Shown here piece by piece: positions 1 to 11,700 of a DNA stretch of 64,000 bases (position 1 is its first letter; each line of letters starts with the position of its first letter). Position numbers and translations under genes: made by a program. The stretch is from NCBI GenBank assembly GCA_963666515.2, contig OY762897.2:3264001-3328000 (forward strand), written 5' to 3'. The notes below the pieces were generated by a model. The model saw only the letters and a program-made list of their open reading frames with translations, made no database searches and was not told the origin of the DNA. Source of the DNA: Candidatus Binatia bacterium (GTDB taxonomy: Bacteria; Desulfobacterota; Binatia; UBA9968; JAJDTQ01).

Positions 1-753
1 GCCCAGCGTGCGGAAACGCACCTTCTTCATCTCCGGCTCTTCGCCGGGCTCGAGCTTCATGCGCTCGTCCGCCACCATGATCAACGTTCCCGAGCGGGGC
101 ACCACCGGGCGCGGAGCGGCGAAGTAGAGCGGCACCACCGGAATGTTCTCCCGGTCGATGTAGTTCCACACATCCAGCTCGGTCCAGTTGGAAAGCGGGA
201 AGACCCGCATGGACTCGCCCTGGCGGATGCGGGTATTGTAGAGGCGCCAAAGCTCCGGGCGCTGGTTCTTGGGATCCCACCGGTGCGACTGCGAGCGCAA
301 CGAGAACACCCTTTCCTTGGCTCGGGACATCTCCTCGTCACGCCGCGCCCCGGCCAGCGCCGCATCGAACCCGTGCTTGTCGAGCGCCTGCTTCAGCGCC
401 TGGGTCTTCATGACGTCGGTGTGGAGCGCCGAACCGTGAGTGAAGGGGTTGATGCCCCGGGCCACTCCCTCCTGATTGATATGGACGATCAGCTCCATTC
501 CGGTCTCGCGGGCCGTGCGCTCGCGGAACTCGTACATTTCCGGAAACTTCCAGGTCGTATCTACGTGCAGCAGGGGGAAGGGGGGCGGCGCCGGATGAAA
601 GGCCTTCTGCGCCAGCCGCACAAGGACCGAGCTGTCCTTGCCGATGGAGTAGAGCATGACCGGCTTCGAGAACGCGGCCACCACCTCGCGCATGATGTAG
701 ATGGATTCGGCCTCAAGCTGGTCAAGATGGCCTGGGCCGTGGTGCTTGGCCAT
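1..753 (-). CDS. cysD: Sulfate adenylyltransferase subunit 2 (3' end runs off window)
   Basis: Manual translation: [24 protein letters not shown]...[11 protein letters not shown]...[18 protein letters not shown]...VRFRTLG; ATG at 753; absent from ORF track because no stop in window. Confidence 0.95.
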   Translation of the reverse strand, partial: MAKHHGPGHLDQLEAESIYIMREVVAAFSKPVMLYSIGKDSSVLVRLAQKAFHPAPPPFPLLHVDTTWKFPEMYEFRERTARETGMELIVHINQEGVARGINPFTHGSALHTDVMKTQALKQALDKHGFDAALAGARRDEEMSRAKERVFSLRSQSHRWDPKNQRPELWRLYNTRIRQGESMRVFPLSNWTELDVWNYIDRENIPVVPLYFAAPRPVVPRSGTLIMVADERMKLEPGEEPEMKKVRFRTLG

Positions 754-851
754 GCGGAAGTCCTCGCAGATGACCCTGACGATGTTTGACCATCCTGCAC
801 GCCACGGCAAGGAGCCATTGACGTTGAATGGAACGGGATCGGACCCCCGGC

Positions 852-1769
852 TCACACGAGCGTCAGCCAGTGAAGGTAGCCTTCGTCCCGGCCCCGGATG
901 ACGTCGAAGAAGGACTGCTGCAGGTCGAGGGTCACCGGCCCCGGCTTCCCCTCGCCGATGGTGCGGTCATCCACCTCGCGGATGGGCGTCACCTCGGCCG
1001 CGGTGCCGGTGAGGAAGGCCTCGTCGGCGATGTAGAGGGCGTCCCGGGCAAAGCGCTCCTCGCGGACCATGTATCCCTTGGCGCGCGCCAGCTCGATGAC
1101 GCTGGCGCGGTTGATGCCGGGGAGGATGGAGGTCACCGGCGCGGTCCTCAGCTCACCGTCCTTGACGATGAAGAGGTTCTCGCCGCTGGCCTCGGAGACG
1201 CATCCCTCAGGGTCGAGCATGATGGCCTCGTCGTAGCCCGCCTGCTTCACCTCGTGCTTGGCCATCACCGAGTTCACGTAGTTGCCGGAGATCTTGCTGT
1301 TGGTCATCATCACGTTGACGTGATGCCGCGTGTAGGACGAGACCTTGGCGCGGATGCCCTGCTTGAGTCCCTCGTCACCCAGGTACGCCCCCCAGGCCCA
1401 CGCCGCCACGATGACCCGCACCGGGTTGTTGAGCGCGTACAGCCCCATCTCGCCGTCGCCCACGAACGCCAGCGGCCGGATGTAGCACTCCTTCAGCCGG
1501 TTGACCCGGATCACCTCCAGCACGGCCTCGGTCATCTGCCCGATGCTGTACGGCAGCGGCGTGCCGAGGATGTGCCCCGAGTCCCGGAGGCGCTGGACGT
1601 GCTCGGCCAGCCGGAACACCGCCGAGCGGTCATCCTCCAGCGCATAGCAGCGGATCCCCTCGAAATAGGCGGTGCCGTAGTGGAGCGCGTGGCTCATGAC
1701 GTGGAACCGGGCGTCGTCCCAGTCCACCATCTCGCCGTCGACCCAGATCTTTTCACTCCTCACAGACAT
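852..1769 (-). CDS. ilvE: Branched-chain amino acid aminotransferase
   Basis: [43 protein letters not shown]; start set at MSVRSEKIW behind a GGGGAG SD. Confidence 0.95.
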   Translation of the reverse strand: MSVRSEKIWVDGEMVDWDDARFHVMSHALHYGTAYFEGIRCYALEDDRSAVFRLAEHVQRLRDSGHILGTPLPYSIGQMTEAVLEVIRVNRLKECYIRPLAFVGDGEMGLYALNNPVRVIVAAWAWGAYLGDEGLKQGIRAKVSSYTRHHVNVMMTNSKISGNYVNSVMAKHEVKQAGYDEAIMLDPEGCVSEASGENLFIVKDGELRTAPVTSILPGINRASVIELARAKGYMVREERFARDALYIADEAFLTGTAAEVTPIREVDDRTIGEGKPGPVTLDLQQSFFDVIRGRDEGYLHWLTLV

Positions 1770-1884
1770 CGGCACTCCCCGTATCGCTTTCCCCGCGCGC
1801 AAGCACAAGAACGACAAAAGGCCGCCACGCCAACGCGATGGCGGCCGCTACAGACTCATATTTCTTCAGATTCGGTGTGGAATG

Positions 1885-2949
1885 TCAATCTTCGGACGGC
1901 GCGGCGGCGCAGGGGAACACGACGACGTTGGCGGGACGGACGGTGACCTTCACCCGGGCGCCGGCGGAGAGGATGCGGGTGGACGGCTGGCTGCTGCGGA
2001 CCTGCGCGCCGGACCGAAGCGTGAGGAGGTAGATGTTCTCGGCGCCGCGAAACCGCCGCCGCGCCACCACCGCGGCGCCGTCCTCGGCGGGCTCGATCTC
2101 CACCTCGTCCGGCCGCACCAGCAGCTCGACCCTGGCGCCTTGGGGCAGACCGGCGTCATTGGGAAAACTCCCCACCTCGGTCTCGATGGCGTCCCCCACC
2201 ACGCCCGGAATGAAGTCCGACTTTCCCACGAACTCGGCGACGAAGCGGGTCCGGGGCCGGCGGTACAGCGCCTCCGGCTCGGAAAGCTGCTCCAGCACGC
2301 CGTTGTTGAGGACGCCCACGCGGTCGGCCACCGCAAGGGCCTCTTCCTGATCGTGGGTCACCATGACCGCGCTGGTCTCGGACGCGCTCAGGATCCGCAG
2401 CAGCTCGTCGCGCATCTCGGCTTTCATGTCGACGTCGAGGTTGCTGAAGGGCTCGTCGAGGAGCAGCACCAGGGGCTTGGGCGCCAGCGCCCGGGCCAAG
2501 GCCACCCGCTGCTGCTGGCCGCCGGAAAGCTCGTGGGGATAGCGTTGCGCCAGCTCTTTCATCCCCACCACGTCCAGCACCTCCCGCGCGGAATCGGCAC
2601 GCGATGTCCGCGGCCCGTTCCGAAGCCCGAACATGACGTTGTCCAGCAGGGTCAGATGCGGGAACAGGGCGTAGTCCTGGAAGACCATGCCGATGCGCCT
2701 CTGCTCGGGCTCGATCCACATGCCTTCGCCGGATACCGGGGCTCCGTTGAGCAGGATCCGGCCGCTGTCGGGCCGGTCGAAGCCCGCGATCAGGCGCAAC
2801 GTCGTGGTCTTGCCGGAGCCGCTGGGGCCCAGAAGCGCCAGGATCTCACGCTGGTTCAGGGTGAAGCTCACTCCGGAGACCGCGGCCGGACTGCCGCGCG
2901 CGTGGCTCTTCCAGACGTCTTCGAGGGTGATAAGGCCGGCGGCGTCCAT
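1885..2949 (-). CDS. ABC transporter ATP-binding protein, Fe3+/PotA-like with C-terminal TOBE-type domain
   Basis: GPSGSGKTT, VFQDYALFPHL, LSGGQQQR, LLLDEPFSNLD; start trimmed to MDAAG. Confidence 0.9.
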   Translation of the reverse strand: MDAAGLITLEDVWKSHARGSPAAVSGVSFTLNQREILALLGPSGSGKTTTLRLIAGFDRPDSGRILLNGAPVSGEGMWIEPEQRRIGMVFQDYALFPHLTLLDNVMFGLRNGPRTSRADSAREVLDVVGMKELAQRYPHELSGGQQQRVALARALAPKPLVLLLDEPFSNLDVDMKAEMRDELLRILSASETSAVMVTHDQEEALAVADRVGVLNNGVLEQLSEPEALYRRPRTRFVAEFVGKSDFIPGVVGDAIETEVGSFPNDAGLPQGARVELLVRPDEVEIEPAEDGAAVVARRRFRGAENIYLLTLRSGAQVRSSQPSTRILSAGARVKVTVRPANVVVFPCAAAPSED

Positions 2950-2954
2950 CGGAC

Positions 2955-4289
2955 TCACGCTTCCCGCACCGCGGCGACGCCCTCGCCCGTCTCCAGCCAC
3001 CAGCGCTCCAGGTCCCGGAGGGAGCGTTCGGCCATGAGCTCCTTCTTGCGCCGCCCCTTCGCCTTGACCGGCAGATCCGGGAAAAGGCCGAAGTTGACGT
3101 TCATGGGCTGGAAGTCTTCCCTCCCGGTATCGGAAATGTAGCGAAGCAGCGCGCCCAGGGCGGTGGTGGCCGGCGGCGTCACCGGCTTCCCGCTAGCAGC
3201 CAGGCGGGCCGCGTTGACCCCGGCCAGGAGCCCGGACGCGGCCGACTCGATGTATCCTTCGACGCCGGTGATCTGTCCGGCGAATAAGAGCCGCGGCGCC
3301 CCGCGCCATTGCAGCGTGGGCAAGAGGTGCCGCGGCGCGTTGATGAAGGTGTTGCGGTGCAGGCTGCCGTAGCGCACGAACACCGCGTCGGCCAGCCCGG
3401 GAATCAGCGAGAAGACCCGCTTCTGCTCGGGATACGTCATCTTGGTCTGGAAGCCCACGAGGTTGTACAGCGTGGCCTCGCGGTTCTCCTGGCGCAACTG
3501 CACCACCGCGTAGGGCCGCTGCCCGGTGGCCGGGTCCACCAGCCCGGTGGGCCTCAGCGGGCCGAAGGCCAGGGTCTCCCGCCCTCGCCGGGCCATCTCC
3601 TCGACCGGGAGGCAGCCCTCGAAGAAGCGCTCGAAGCTCCGCACCGGCACCTTCTCCGCAGCGGTGACCTCGTCCACCAGCCGGTAGTAGTCCTCCCGGC
3701 TGAGCGGCAGGTTCAGGTAGTCGCCGGGCTTCTCGTCGTAGCGGGAGGCGCGGAACGCCACCGACGAGTCCACGGACTCCGCGGTGACCACCGGGGAGAT
3801 GGCGTCGTAGTAGTAGAGGTGCTCGGCCCCCAGCAGCTCGCCGATGCGCTGCGAAAGCGGCTGCGCGGTGAGGGGCCCGGTGGCGATGATGGTCAGGCCG
3901 GGCGGAACCGTCTCCAGCTCGCGCCGCATCAGCCGCAGGCCCGGCAGGGACGCCACCTTTTCCGAAACGGCCTCGGCGAACCGCGTGCGGTCAACCGCCA
4001 GCGCGGAGCCCGCGGGCACCTGGTGCTCTTCGCCCACGGTGAGGATCAGGGAGCCCATGCGCCGCATCTCTTCCTTGAGCAGCCCGGCCCCCGCGGTCAG
4101 CGACCGGGAACGGAACGAGTTGCTGCACACCAACTCGGCCAGATGGCCGGTGGCGTGGGCCTCGGTCCGGGTGACCGGCCTCATCTCGTACAGGTCCACC
4201 GGCACACCCCGCCGGGCGAGCTGCCAAGCGGCCTCGCATCCGGCGAGACCGCCGCCCACGATGGTGACACGTTGGATGGCTTCGTTCAT
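2955..4289 (-). CDS. trmFO: tRNA (uracil-54)-methyltransferase TrmFO (Gid)
   Basis: [55 protein letters not shown]. Confidence 0.95.
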   Translation of the reverse strand: MNEAIQRVTIVGGGLAGCEAAWQLARRGVPVDLYEMRPVTRTEAHATGHLAELVCSNSFRSRSLTAGAGLLKEEMRRMGSLILTVGEEHQVPAGSALAVDRTRFAEAVSEKVASLPGLRLMRRELETVPPGLTIIATGPLTAQPLSQRIGELLGAEHLYYYDAISPVVTAESVDSSVAFRASRYDEKPGDYLNLPLSREDYYRLVDEVTAAEKVPVRSFERFFEGCLPVEEMARRGRETLAFGPLRPTGLVDPATGQRPYAVVQLRQENREATLYNLVGFQTKMTYPEQKRVFSLIPGLADAVFVRYGSLHRNTFINAPRHLLPTLQWRGAPRLLFAGQITGVEGYIESAASGLLAGVNAARLAASGKPVTPPATTALGALLRYISDTGREDFQPMNVNFGLFPDLPVKAKGRRKKELMAERSLRDLERWWLETGEGVAAVREA

Positions 4290-4296
4290 TTCCCGC

Positions 4297-5454
4297 TCAC
4301 AGGCTCCCGGCTATCGCAGAGTTTAACGCATATCTCTTTCCTGGCAACTGCCTGAGCAGGCCCTGCAGCTCCATCTCCAGAAGCACCTCGCAGACCTGCT
4401 GCGCCGGCAGGCCCGTCCGGTGAATGACCTCGTCCATCTGCAGCGGTCCGGCCTCGAGGTCCCGCAGGATCGCTCCGGCCGGGCCTTCGAGGGGTGCCCC
4501 TCCGCCGGAAACGCCGCCGGAGCCGGTTGCCGTCGGGGTGGACGCAAGCGCCGAGGCAGGCAACTGCGGCGCGATCTCCTCGATGACGTCGGTCACGTCC
4601 TCCACCAGCTTGGCTCCCTGACGGATCAGCCGGTGGGGACCCCGGCTGCGGGCGGCGCCGGCCGGGCCGGGGACCGCGAACACCTCCCGGCCCTGCTCCA
4701 ACGCCCAGCGGGCAGTGATCAACGAACCGCTCCGCTCGGTGGCTTCCACCACCACCACGCCCAGCGAGAGGCCGCTGATGATCCTGTTGCGGGCGGGGAA
4801 GTGTCGCGACAAGGGAGCAGTCCCCATGGGATGCTCGGAAAGCACCGCGCCGCTCTCCTCGATGCGGCGGCAGAGGTCACGGTGCTCCGGCGGATAGGGC
4901 ACATCCACGCCCGAGCCCAGCACCGCCAGGGTGCGGCCGCCTCGGGACAGCGCCGTTTCATGCGCTTCGCCGTCGATGCCGCGGGCCATGCCGCTGACCA
5001 CGGCGACGCCGGCGGCCGCCAGACCCCGGCACAGCAGACGGGTCATCTCGCGGCCGTACTCGCTGGGCGCGCGGGTGCCGACCACCCCCACCGCCGCACG
5101 CCCGGCCGCGTCCGGCGAACCCTTGACGTAAAGCACAGGAGGCGGGTCGGGAAGGACGCGCAGGCGCTCGGGGTACGAGGCGTCGGAGTAGCGCAAGAGC
5201 AGGCATCCCGCGTCCCGCACCCGACGCATCTCGTCCGCCAGACGGTCCCAGCCCGAAAACGCCAGCAGGCCCTCGACCGCGGCGCGGCTCAGCCCGGGAA
5301 CCTCGCGCAACGCCACGCGACCGCCGAAGAAGGCATCGGTGGGGTCGGCGAAGAACTCCGCGATGCGCCGGAACCCGACGCACCCGAGCCCCGGCGTCTG
5401 TCCGAAGGCCAGCCACGCGAGGTCCCGCCGGCTCTCACCCGGCGCCCGGCTCAC
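4297..5454 (-). CDS. dprA: DNA-processing protein DprA
   Basis: [45 protein letters not shown]-terminal winged helix; GTG start overlaps the der stop. Confidence 0.92.
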   Translation of the reverse strand: MSRAPGESRRDLAWLAFGQTPGLGCVGFRRIAEFFADPTDAFFGGRVALREVPGLSRAAVEGLLAFSGWDRLADEMRRVRDAGCLLLRYSDASYPERLRVLPDPPPVLYVKGSPDAAGRAAVGVVGTRAPSEYGREMTRLLCRGLAAAGVAVVSGMARGIDGEAHETALSRGGRTLAVLGSGVDVPYPPEHRDLCRRIEESGAVLSEHPMGTAPLSRHFPARNRIISGLSLGVVVVEATERSGSLITARWALEQGREVFAVPGPAGAARSRGPHRLIRQGAKLVEDVTDVIEEIAPQLPASALASTPTATGSGGVSGGGAPLEGPAGAILRDLEAGPLQMDEVIHRTGLPAQQVCEVLLEMELQGLLRQLPGKRYALNSAIAGSL

Positions 5455-6926
5455 CGTTGGCCCCGGCCCGCCCGCGGCCGCAGGGCCAGCCGCACCGGCG
5501 TGTGCTCCAGACCCAGCTCCGCGCGCAACGCCTTGACGAGGTAGCGCCGGTAGCCCGCGCCCACGCCTTCCGGATGGTTGACAAACAGCGTGAACGTCGG
5601 CGGCTGCACGTCCGTCTGGGCGCCATAGTAGAACTTCACCGGACGCCCGCGGAATTGCGGCGCGGCGTGCCTTTCGGTGAGGCGGCGCAACGCCCGGTTG
5701 AGCGCCGGCGTCCTGATCCACCGGCGCGTGGCGTTGCCCACCCGTATGACCGTATCCATGAGCTTCGTCATGCCCGACCCTTCCAATGCCGATAAGGATA
5801 CTATCGGCACGTGGTCGGCAAACGGTAGCCGCCGGTGCAAAAAATCCTGGTACACCCGAAGGCTCGACCGGTCCGTGTCCAGGAGGTCCCACTTGTTGAT
5901 GCCCAGGACCATGGCCTTGCCGCGCTGGAAGCCGTAGGACATGACCTGCGCGTCCTGGTCCGTCACCCCTTCGGAGCCGTCCAGCAGGTGGATCACCACG
6001 TCGCCGGCGTCCACCGAGCGCAACGCGCGGCTTACGCTGTAGCGTTCCACCGGGTCGACCACCCGTGCCTTGCGCCGGATTCCGGCCGTGTCCGTCAGGC
6101 GGCACGGGGTCTCGCGCCAGGTGAAGTCGGCCTGCAGCGCGTCCCGGGTGGTGCCCGGCCGCGAGTCCACCAGCGAGCGGTCGTAGCCCAACAGCCGGTT
6201 CACCAGCGTCGACTTGCCGACGTTGGGACGGCCCACGACGGCCAGCGCAAGAGGCTCGGCGGAATCGGGGTTCCCCTCCCGGCCGCGGGCGCCGGCGGCA
6301 TCCGGCGTGCCCTCCCGACCACGGGCGCCGGCGGCATCGAGGGTGTCCTCCCGACCCCGTGCCCGAGCGGATTCCGGTGAGGAGGCGGAAGGCATTGCCG
6401 GCGCCCGGTCCGGCCCCGGCGGCAACGCGTCCACCACCTCCTGCATCAGGTCCGCCACCCCCAGCCCGTGCTCGGCGGATAGCGGGAACAACCGCTCCGC
6501 GCCGAGCCGGAAGAACTCGTAGAGGTCGCTCTCGCGGGGGCCGGTGTCCAGCTTGTTCACCGCGTAGAACACCGGCTTGGGTGCCTGCCGCAGCAGCTCC
6601 GCCGCAGCCGTATCCAGCGGCGTGGGCCCAGCGCGGCCGTCCATGAGGAATACGATGACGTCGGCCTCGTCCACCGCGGTCAGGGTCTGCTTGAATATCC
6701 GGCCCTTGAGCCCCTCGCGCTCGTCCGGCTCCAGTCCGCCGGTATCCACCAGCATGAAGCGGTGGCGGCGCCACGCCACCGGGTTGTAGTTGCGGTCACG
6801 GGTCACACCGGGCTGGTCGTCCACAATGGCGCGCCGCGCCCGGCTCAGGCGGTTGAACAGCGTGGACTTGCCCACGTTGGGCCGCCCCACGATGGCCACC
6901 ACCGGCATGTTTTCGGGAGTGCTCAT
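5451..6926 (-). CDS. der: Ribosome biogenesis GTPase Der (EngA)
   Basis: Two GRPNVGKST G-domains, DTGG/DTAG, NKLD/NKWD, KH-like C-terminus. Confidence 0.96.
   Translation of the reverse strand: MSTPENMPVVAIVGRPNVGKSTLFNRLSRARRAIVDDQPGVTRDRNYNPVAWRRHRFMLVDTGGLEPDEREGLKGRIFKQTLTAVDEADVIVFLMDGRAGPTPLDTAAAELLRQAPKPVFYAVNKLDTGPRESDLYEFFRLGAERLFPLSAEHGLGVADLMQEVVDALPPGPDRAPAMPSASSPESARARGREDTLDAAGARGREGTPDAAGARGREGNPDSAEPLALAVVGRPNVGKSTLVNRLLGYDRSLVDSRPGTTRDALQADFTWRETPCRLTDTAGIRRKARVVDPVERYSVSRALRSVDAGDVVIHLLDGSEGVTDQDAQVMSYGFQRGKAMVLGINKWDLLDTDRSSLRVYQDFLHRRLPFADHVPIVSLSALEGSGMTKLMDTVIRVGNATRRWIRTPALNRALRRLTERHAAPQFRGRPVKFYYGAQTDVQPPTFTLFVNHPEGVGAGYRRYLVKALRAELGLEHTPVRLALRPRAGRGQR
6264..6371. 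repeat. In-frame 36-bp degenerate tandem repeat x3 in the Der inter-G-domain linker
   Basis: Units start at 6264, 6300, 6336; protein ARGREDTLDAAG/ARGREGTPDAAG/ARGREGNPDSAE. Confidence 0.85.
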
Positions 6927-6948
6927 GATCGGGGGAAGTTGTCGTCGA

Positions 6949-7884
6949 TCACAACCCGAAGGCCTCGAGGCTCCGGGGGTCCCGGCTCCAGCCGGGCGCG
7001 GCCTTGACCGCCAGATCGAGGTAGACGCGGCAGCCGAGCAGGCGCTCCAGGTCCTCCCGGGCCGCGCTGCCGATCTCCTTGAGCGCCGCGCCGCGCTTGC
7101 CGATGAGGATCGGCTTGTGGCTCTCCCGCTCGGTGTGGATGGTGGCGGCGATGACCACGAGGCCGCCGCCGTTCTTCTCCTCGAAGCTCCGTACCGACAC
7201 CGCGGTGCCGTAGGGGATCTCCTGGCGGGTGTGCAGGAAGACCTTCTCCCGGACGATCTCCGCGGCGATGAACCGCTCCGTCTGGTCCGTCAGCTCGTCC
7301 TCCGGGAAATAGCGGGGACCGGGCGGCAGCCGCTTCAGCATCCCCTCCAACAGCAGCGGGACGTTCTCCCCGGTCCGGGCGCTGATGGGTACGATCTCCC
7401 GCTCCGGCAGCAGCTCGGCCAAGCGCGCCATCACCGGCAGCAGCCGTCCCTTGGACACCGCGTCGATCTTGTTGAGCGCGATCACGGTCTCGCGCCGGCT
7501 GCCGGACAGTATCCCGGCGATGTCCTCATCGTCCCCCCGCAGGCCGCCGCGGGCGTCCACCACCCACACCACCGCCTCCACGTCCCCCAGGGAACGTCTG
7601 GCCACGTCCACCATGCGCCGGTTCAGCAACGACCGCGCACGGTGGATACCCGGCGTGTCCAGCAACAGGATCTGCCCCTCCGGCAGGGTCTTGATGCCCA
7701 TGATCCGGTTCCGGGTAGTCTGGGGCCGGGGCGAGACAATGGCGATCTTCTCCCCCAGGAGCTGGTTCAGCAGCGTGGACTTCCCCACGTTGGGCCGGCC
7801 CAGGATCGCGACGAAGCCCGAGCGGAAATCCTCCGGAACAGGCGCTTCCTTCTGCTCTCCGCGCGTAGGGTCGATGGCGGCCAT
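6949..7884 (-). CDS. era: GTPase Era
   Basis: GRPNVGKSTLLN, PQTTRNRI, DTPGIH, NKID, EIVREK, KH domain IGKRG. Confidence 0.96.
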   Translation of the reverse strand: MAAIDPTRGEQKEAPVPEDFRSGFVAILGRPNVGKSTLLNQLLGEKIAIVSPRPQTTRNRIMGIKTLPEGQILLLDTPGIHRARSLLNRRMVDVARRSLGDVEAVVWVVDARGGLRGDDEDIAGILSGSRRETVIALNKIDAVSKGRLLPVMARLAELLPEREIVPISARTGENVPLLLEGMLKRLPPGPRYFPEDELTDQTERFIAAEIVREKVFLHTRQEIPYGTAVSVRSFEEKNGGGLVVIAATIHTERESHKPILIGKRGAALKEIGSAAREDLERLLGCRVYLDLAVKAAPGWSRDPRSLEAFGL

Positions 7885-7890
7885 CGGTCC

Positions 7891-7918
7891 ATTATGGCAC
7901 GGACGAAGGGCAGGTCAA
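7891..7918 (-). promoter_or_regulatory. Putative sigma70 promoter of era (possibly leaderless)
   Basis: TTGACC-16-CATAAT with TG extension, 6 nt before the ATG. Confidence 0.5.
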
Positions 7919-8032
7919 TCCACAGTCCTGACGAGCGCAGACCGGCATGGAGTGGGCGTTTCACCCCGGTGCTCACGGCACGACCACCGGCGTTGACTTC
8001 GTGATGGCCCATATTTTGCGGCGAAGTAGAGG

Positions 8033-8341
8033 ATGCAATGGTACAGGTACATCGAAGACTCCGAATGGGAGGATATAACCAATAGCGGGATGCTGAAACC
8101 GGGGCGCAATAGCTGCGGATCCGGCAAGTGGTTGGCCAGCAGCGAAGAGGCTGCATGGCGGTGGGGGAGAGCACTCGACGAGCGTTTTCCCGGTCGGGTT
8201 GTGGTTCTGGATCTGGACGATGACATCGCCGAGAGGGCCAGGCTCGTTGCCAACCTTGACGGCATTGGACATGCAGCGTACATTGACTCCGACGACTTGT
8301 GGCGGCTTCGGATTGTGGACATACGGAGGTACGAAGGATGA
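8033..8341 (+). CDS. Small hypothetical protein, possible ADP-ribosyltransferase-fold toxin domain
   Basis: SD GAGGA; lower GC than flanks; YRxxxxxEWxxIxxSG...GKWLA...VVVLDL...LDGIG pattern recalls Rhs C-terminal toxin domains. Confidence 0.55.
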   Translation: MQWYRYIEDSEWEDITNSGMLKPGRNSCGSGKWLASSEEAAWRWGRALDERFPGRVVVLDLDDDIAERARLVANLDGIGHAAYIDSDDLWRLRIVDIRRYEG

Positions 8342-8664
8342 GACGTCCCGGACAACACGCGGTGTTCGCCACCTTCCGTCCCGCAGACGATCGGACCCGG
8401 GCGGTACTGCGTCGGGGCAAGCCCGTGAGCAGTCTTGCCCGCTTCACGGGCACGGACACGCCGCCAGCCAGCCTGTTGATGGATGCCTGTCAAAAGAGCG
8501 ACAACCTTGTCCGTATCGAACTTCTGGTACACGCCGAGCGAACGGAACAATTGCCCGTAGGCAGCAACTTCGAACTGGTGGCCGGAGATGCGTTGTTGGG
8601 ATACGGGACGATCCTTCCCCGTGCTACGGGGAAGGATCCGGCTGATGTGAAACCGCCAGGCTAA
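8338..8664 (+). CDS. Small hypothetical protein, possible immunity/antitoxin with EF-Tu domain III-like C-terminus
   Basis: ATGA overlap with upstream gene; GSNFELVAGDALLGYGTIL resembles EF-Tu GLRFAIREGGRTVGAGVV. Confidence 0.5.
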   Translation: MRRPGQHAVFATFRPADDRTRAVLRRGKPVSSLARFTGTDTPPASLLMDACQKSDNLVRIELLVHAERTEQLPVGSNFELVAGDALLGYGTILPRATGKDPADVKPPG

Positions 8665-8752
8665 CGAAACCCCGCCCTGAACGTTCGCTGAATCGAATTC
8701 TGTCCCCAGAAACGTTTGCTGGCGGTCTCGCCGGGAATCCTCGTCCGCCGCC

Positions 8753-11700
8753 TCACCCTGCCCGCCGCACGTGGATGAACGTGCGCAGCGCCAGATCCAG
8801 CAGGAAGACGCCCAGGCCGGCGGCGGCCAGCGCCCACCAGATGCCCCGGGCGGAACCGGCGGCGTCGGGGTCGGCGGTGAACAGGCGCTCGATGTCCTCG
8901 GCCAGGGTTTCCTCCCGCAACACCTTACCGCCGGTCTCCTGGGCCAGCCGTTCCATCAGCCCGGTGTCGGCGTCCATTTCGCGGTACTCCCTGGAGAAGG
9001 GCACGATGAAGGGGACGGTGAGGGCCACGGGGGGCGCGCCAGAAGGGCCCGGCGGCTGCTTCACGGTGAGCAGGTTGATGCCCCGGCGCGGCGTGGCGAA
9101 GCTCGTGCGGTAGCGGCCGGGAGCCACCTGCCGGAACGCTTCCTGTTGCAGGGTCTCGTCGGCCCGTGTCAGCAGCCCTTGCAGCTTCAGGTGGTTCACC
9201 GGCCGTCCCGAGGCTGAGAAGAGGTCCACCACCGCCCTCATGACCTCTCCCTCCCTCACGAAGTCCGTCCGCAACCGCTGGTCCGACACGCTCCTCACCG
9301 CCAGCCGGGCCATCTGCGCGGCCCACCTGGGGAACGCCGGCCACTGCACCCAGTGGCGCCCCCACCTGCCGGAAACGTCGGAGGTGAACGCGTACACCCG
9401 GCCCAGGCCGTAGCGCCACGAGACCAGCAACGGGTCCTCGCCGGCGCGCGCGTGGACCTCGGCTCCGGGCTTCACATGGGTCAGGACGTAGCCCAGTATC
9501 CGCGGCAACGGCTCGCCCGAGAGGCCGCGCATGGGGCCCGCCGGCCCCGCTGCCACCGGGGTCACGGTCTTTTCCACCAGCAGGTCCCGGGAGATCAGCA
9601 GCGTCTCGGTGGTGAAGATCTGCGGGATGGTCCGCGGGTCCACGCTGGCATAGCTCCGGCCCTTGCCGCCCTGCGCGAGCTGGGTCATGAGACGGCGGTT
9701 GGCGTCGCCGCCGATGGACACGGTGGAGACGGTGATCCGCTCCCGGGCCATGCCGCTCACCTGTTCCAGCAAGTCCTCCTTTTCGGTGAGCCCGTCCGAC
9801 AGCACCAGCACGTGCTTGATGGCGGCCTCCTTGGCCGCCAGCGCCCGGCGGCCTTCCACCATGGCCTTGTGGAGGTCGGTGCCGCCGTCGGAGCTGAGCG
9901 CGGCCACGTCGTCGGCGATGCTCTCGCTGCCGCCGGCCGCGCGGAACGGCACCACCCACTGCCACTGGGAGTCGAACGCCAGGATGCCCACCTCGTCGGT
10001 GGGGTTGAGCAACTCCGCGGACGCCATGGTGGCCGCCTTGGCCAGGTCCAGCTTGGTGGTGCCGTAGGGGCCGCTGCCCATGCTCCCCGACTTGTCCACC
10101 ACGAAGAGCAGCGCCACGTGGGGCAGCTCCATGCGCGCCGGCGGCCGCATCTCCACCGGGAGCGTCTGCTCCAGCGGCGTCCGGTAGTAGCCCCCGGCGC
10201 CGTAGCTCCGGGTCCCGCCCAGCACGATGAGGCCGCCTCCGAGGTCGCGCACGAACCGCTCGATGCGTTCCATCTTCACCTGCGAGAGCTGGTAGGCGGG
10301 CACGTTGTCGAGGATCAGCAGGTCGAAGCCCGACAGCTCGGGCAGCGTGAGGTTGGCCCGCGCCGGGGTCTCCTCCACCACGTCGTACCCTTGCACCTGC
10401 AACGCCTCGGCCATGAAACGCCGCCCCGCGTCGGCGCCGTGGAGGTACAGGACCCGCGAGGGTCCCTTGACGCTCACGATGCCCTGCAGCAGGTTGTTCT
10501 CCGCCAGCACGTCCGCGGCCGCGTCCACCATCAACTCGTAGGTATGGGCGCCGCGGCGCTCCAGGCTGTCGGTGAAGCTGAGCCAGTTGGCGCCCGGCGC
10601 CAGCTCCCGGCGGGCGGAGCGGATGACGCGCCCGTCCCGCAGCAGGGTGACGGCCGCGGACGACGCCCGGGCGCTGGTGAGCGCGGCCTTGATCTCGAAG
10701 GTCTCGCCGCTGTCCACTACCGAAGGCACGGTGAACTCCGACAGGTAGACCTCGTTCCTGCCCTCGGCGAGGCTCACGGGATACGGCCACACCGCCACCC
10801 CGTGGGACCGCAGCATGGGCAGCACCCGCTCCACCGAGCCGCGGTTCTCGTTGGCGTCGGAGATGAGCAGGATGCGGCTCTCGCGCTCCTCGCTCAACTC
10901 GCCCAGGGCGCCCTGGAGCGCCGCTCCGAGATCGGTGGCGTCGCGCTCCGGCGGGGGCGGAAGGTCGCTCACCGGAAGCTCGTGGGTGGGCAGGAACTCC
11001 CACTGCGGACGGCGCGCGAAGGAGAACAGGCCCAGCCGCACCTTGGGGTCCACCAGTTCCCCGGCCTGCTCCAGCACGTCCGCGGCCCGCACACGGGCCT
11101 CCTCCCCGACGCTGTGGGAAAGGTCCACGGCCATCACCACGTCCAGCTCGGGATCCTCGGCGAGGACCCGCGGGTTCACCAGCGCCACCACCAGCAGCGC
11201 CACCGCCGGCGCCCGCAGCCACAGCGGGAGCAGCGAACGCCGGGCGCGGCAGACCACCACGCTCTCCGCCAGCAGCAGCGCCAGGGCCAGGACCAGCAGC
11301 GCCGGCCACAGGTCGAGGCGGGCGCCGCGGCCGCTCTCGGCCACGCGCGCGGCCGCCGAGGCCGGCGGCTCCGCCCGGTAAGCGGGACGGATGCGGGACT
11401 CCTCCTCGCTGAACAGGTTCACCCCGAACTCGCCCTCCCCGTGCTTTCCCCGGAACCGGTAGAAGCCGACCTCCGCGGTGTCGGCGTAGGCGCCCTGGCG
11501 CTCCCGGATACGCACCGGGCTGCTGTCGCCGGAGGGGTTCACGAACACGAGAGCCTCCTCGTCCACGCCGACGTCGGCGACGAACGGCAGGCCCGCGGCC
11601 ACTTGGCTGGCGGGAAACTCCCGGGCCGTGGGCCGGAACCAGGAGAAGGCGTTGCGCACCAGCAACGGGAACGAGACCCGGAACGGCAGGTCCGACCGGG

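Noticed and set aside
4297-6774. 825-aa ORF suggesting a long DprA
   Set aside because: The extension is an alternative frame of der; DprA similarity begins near the GTG at 5454
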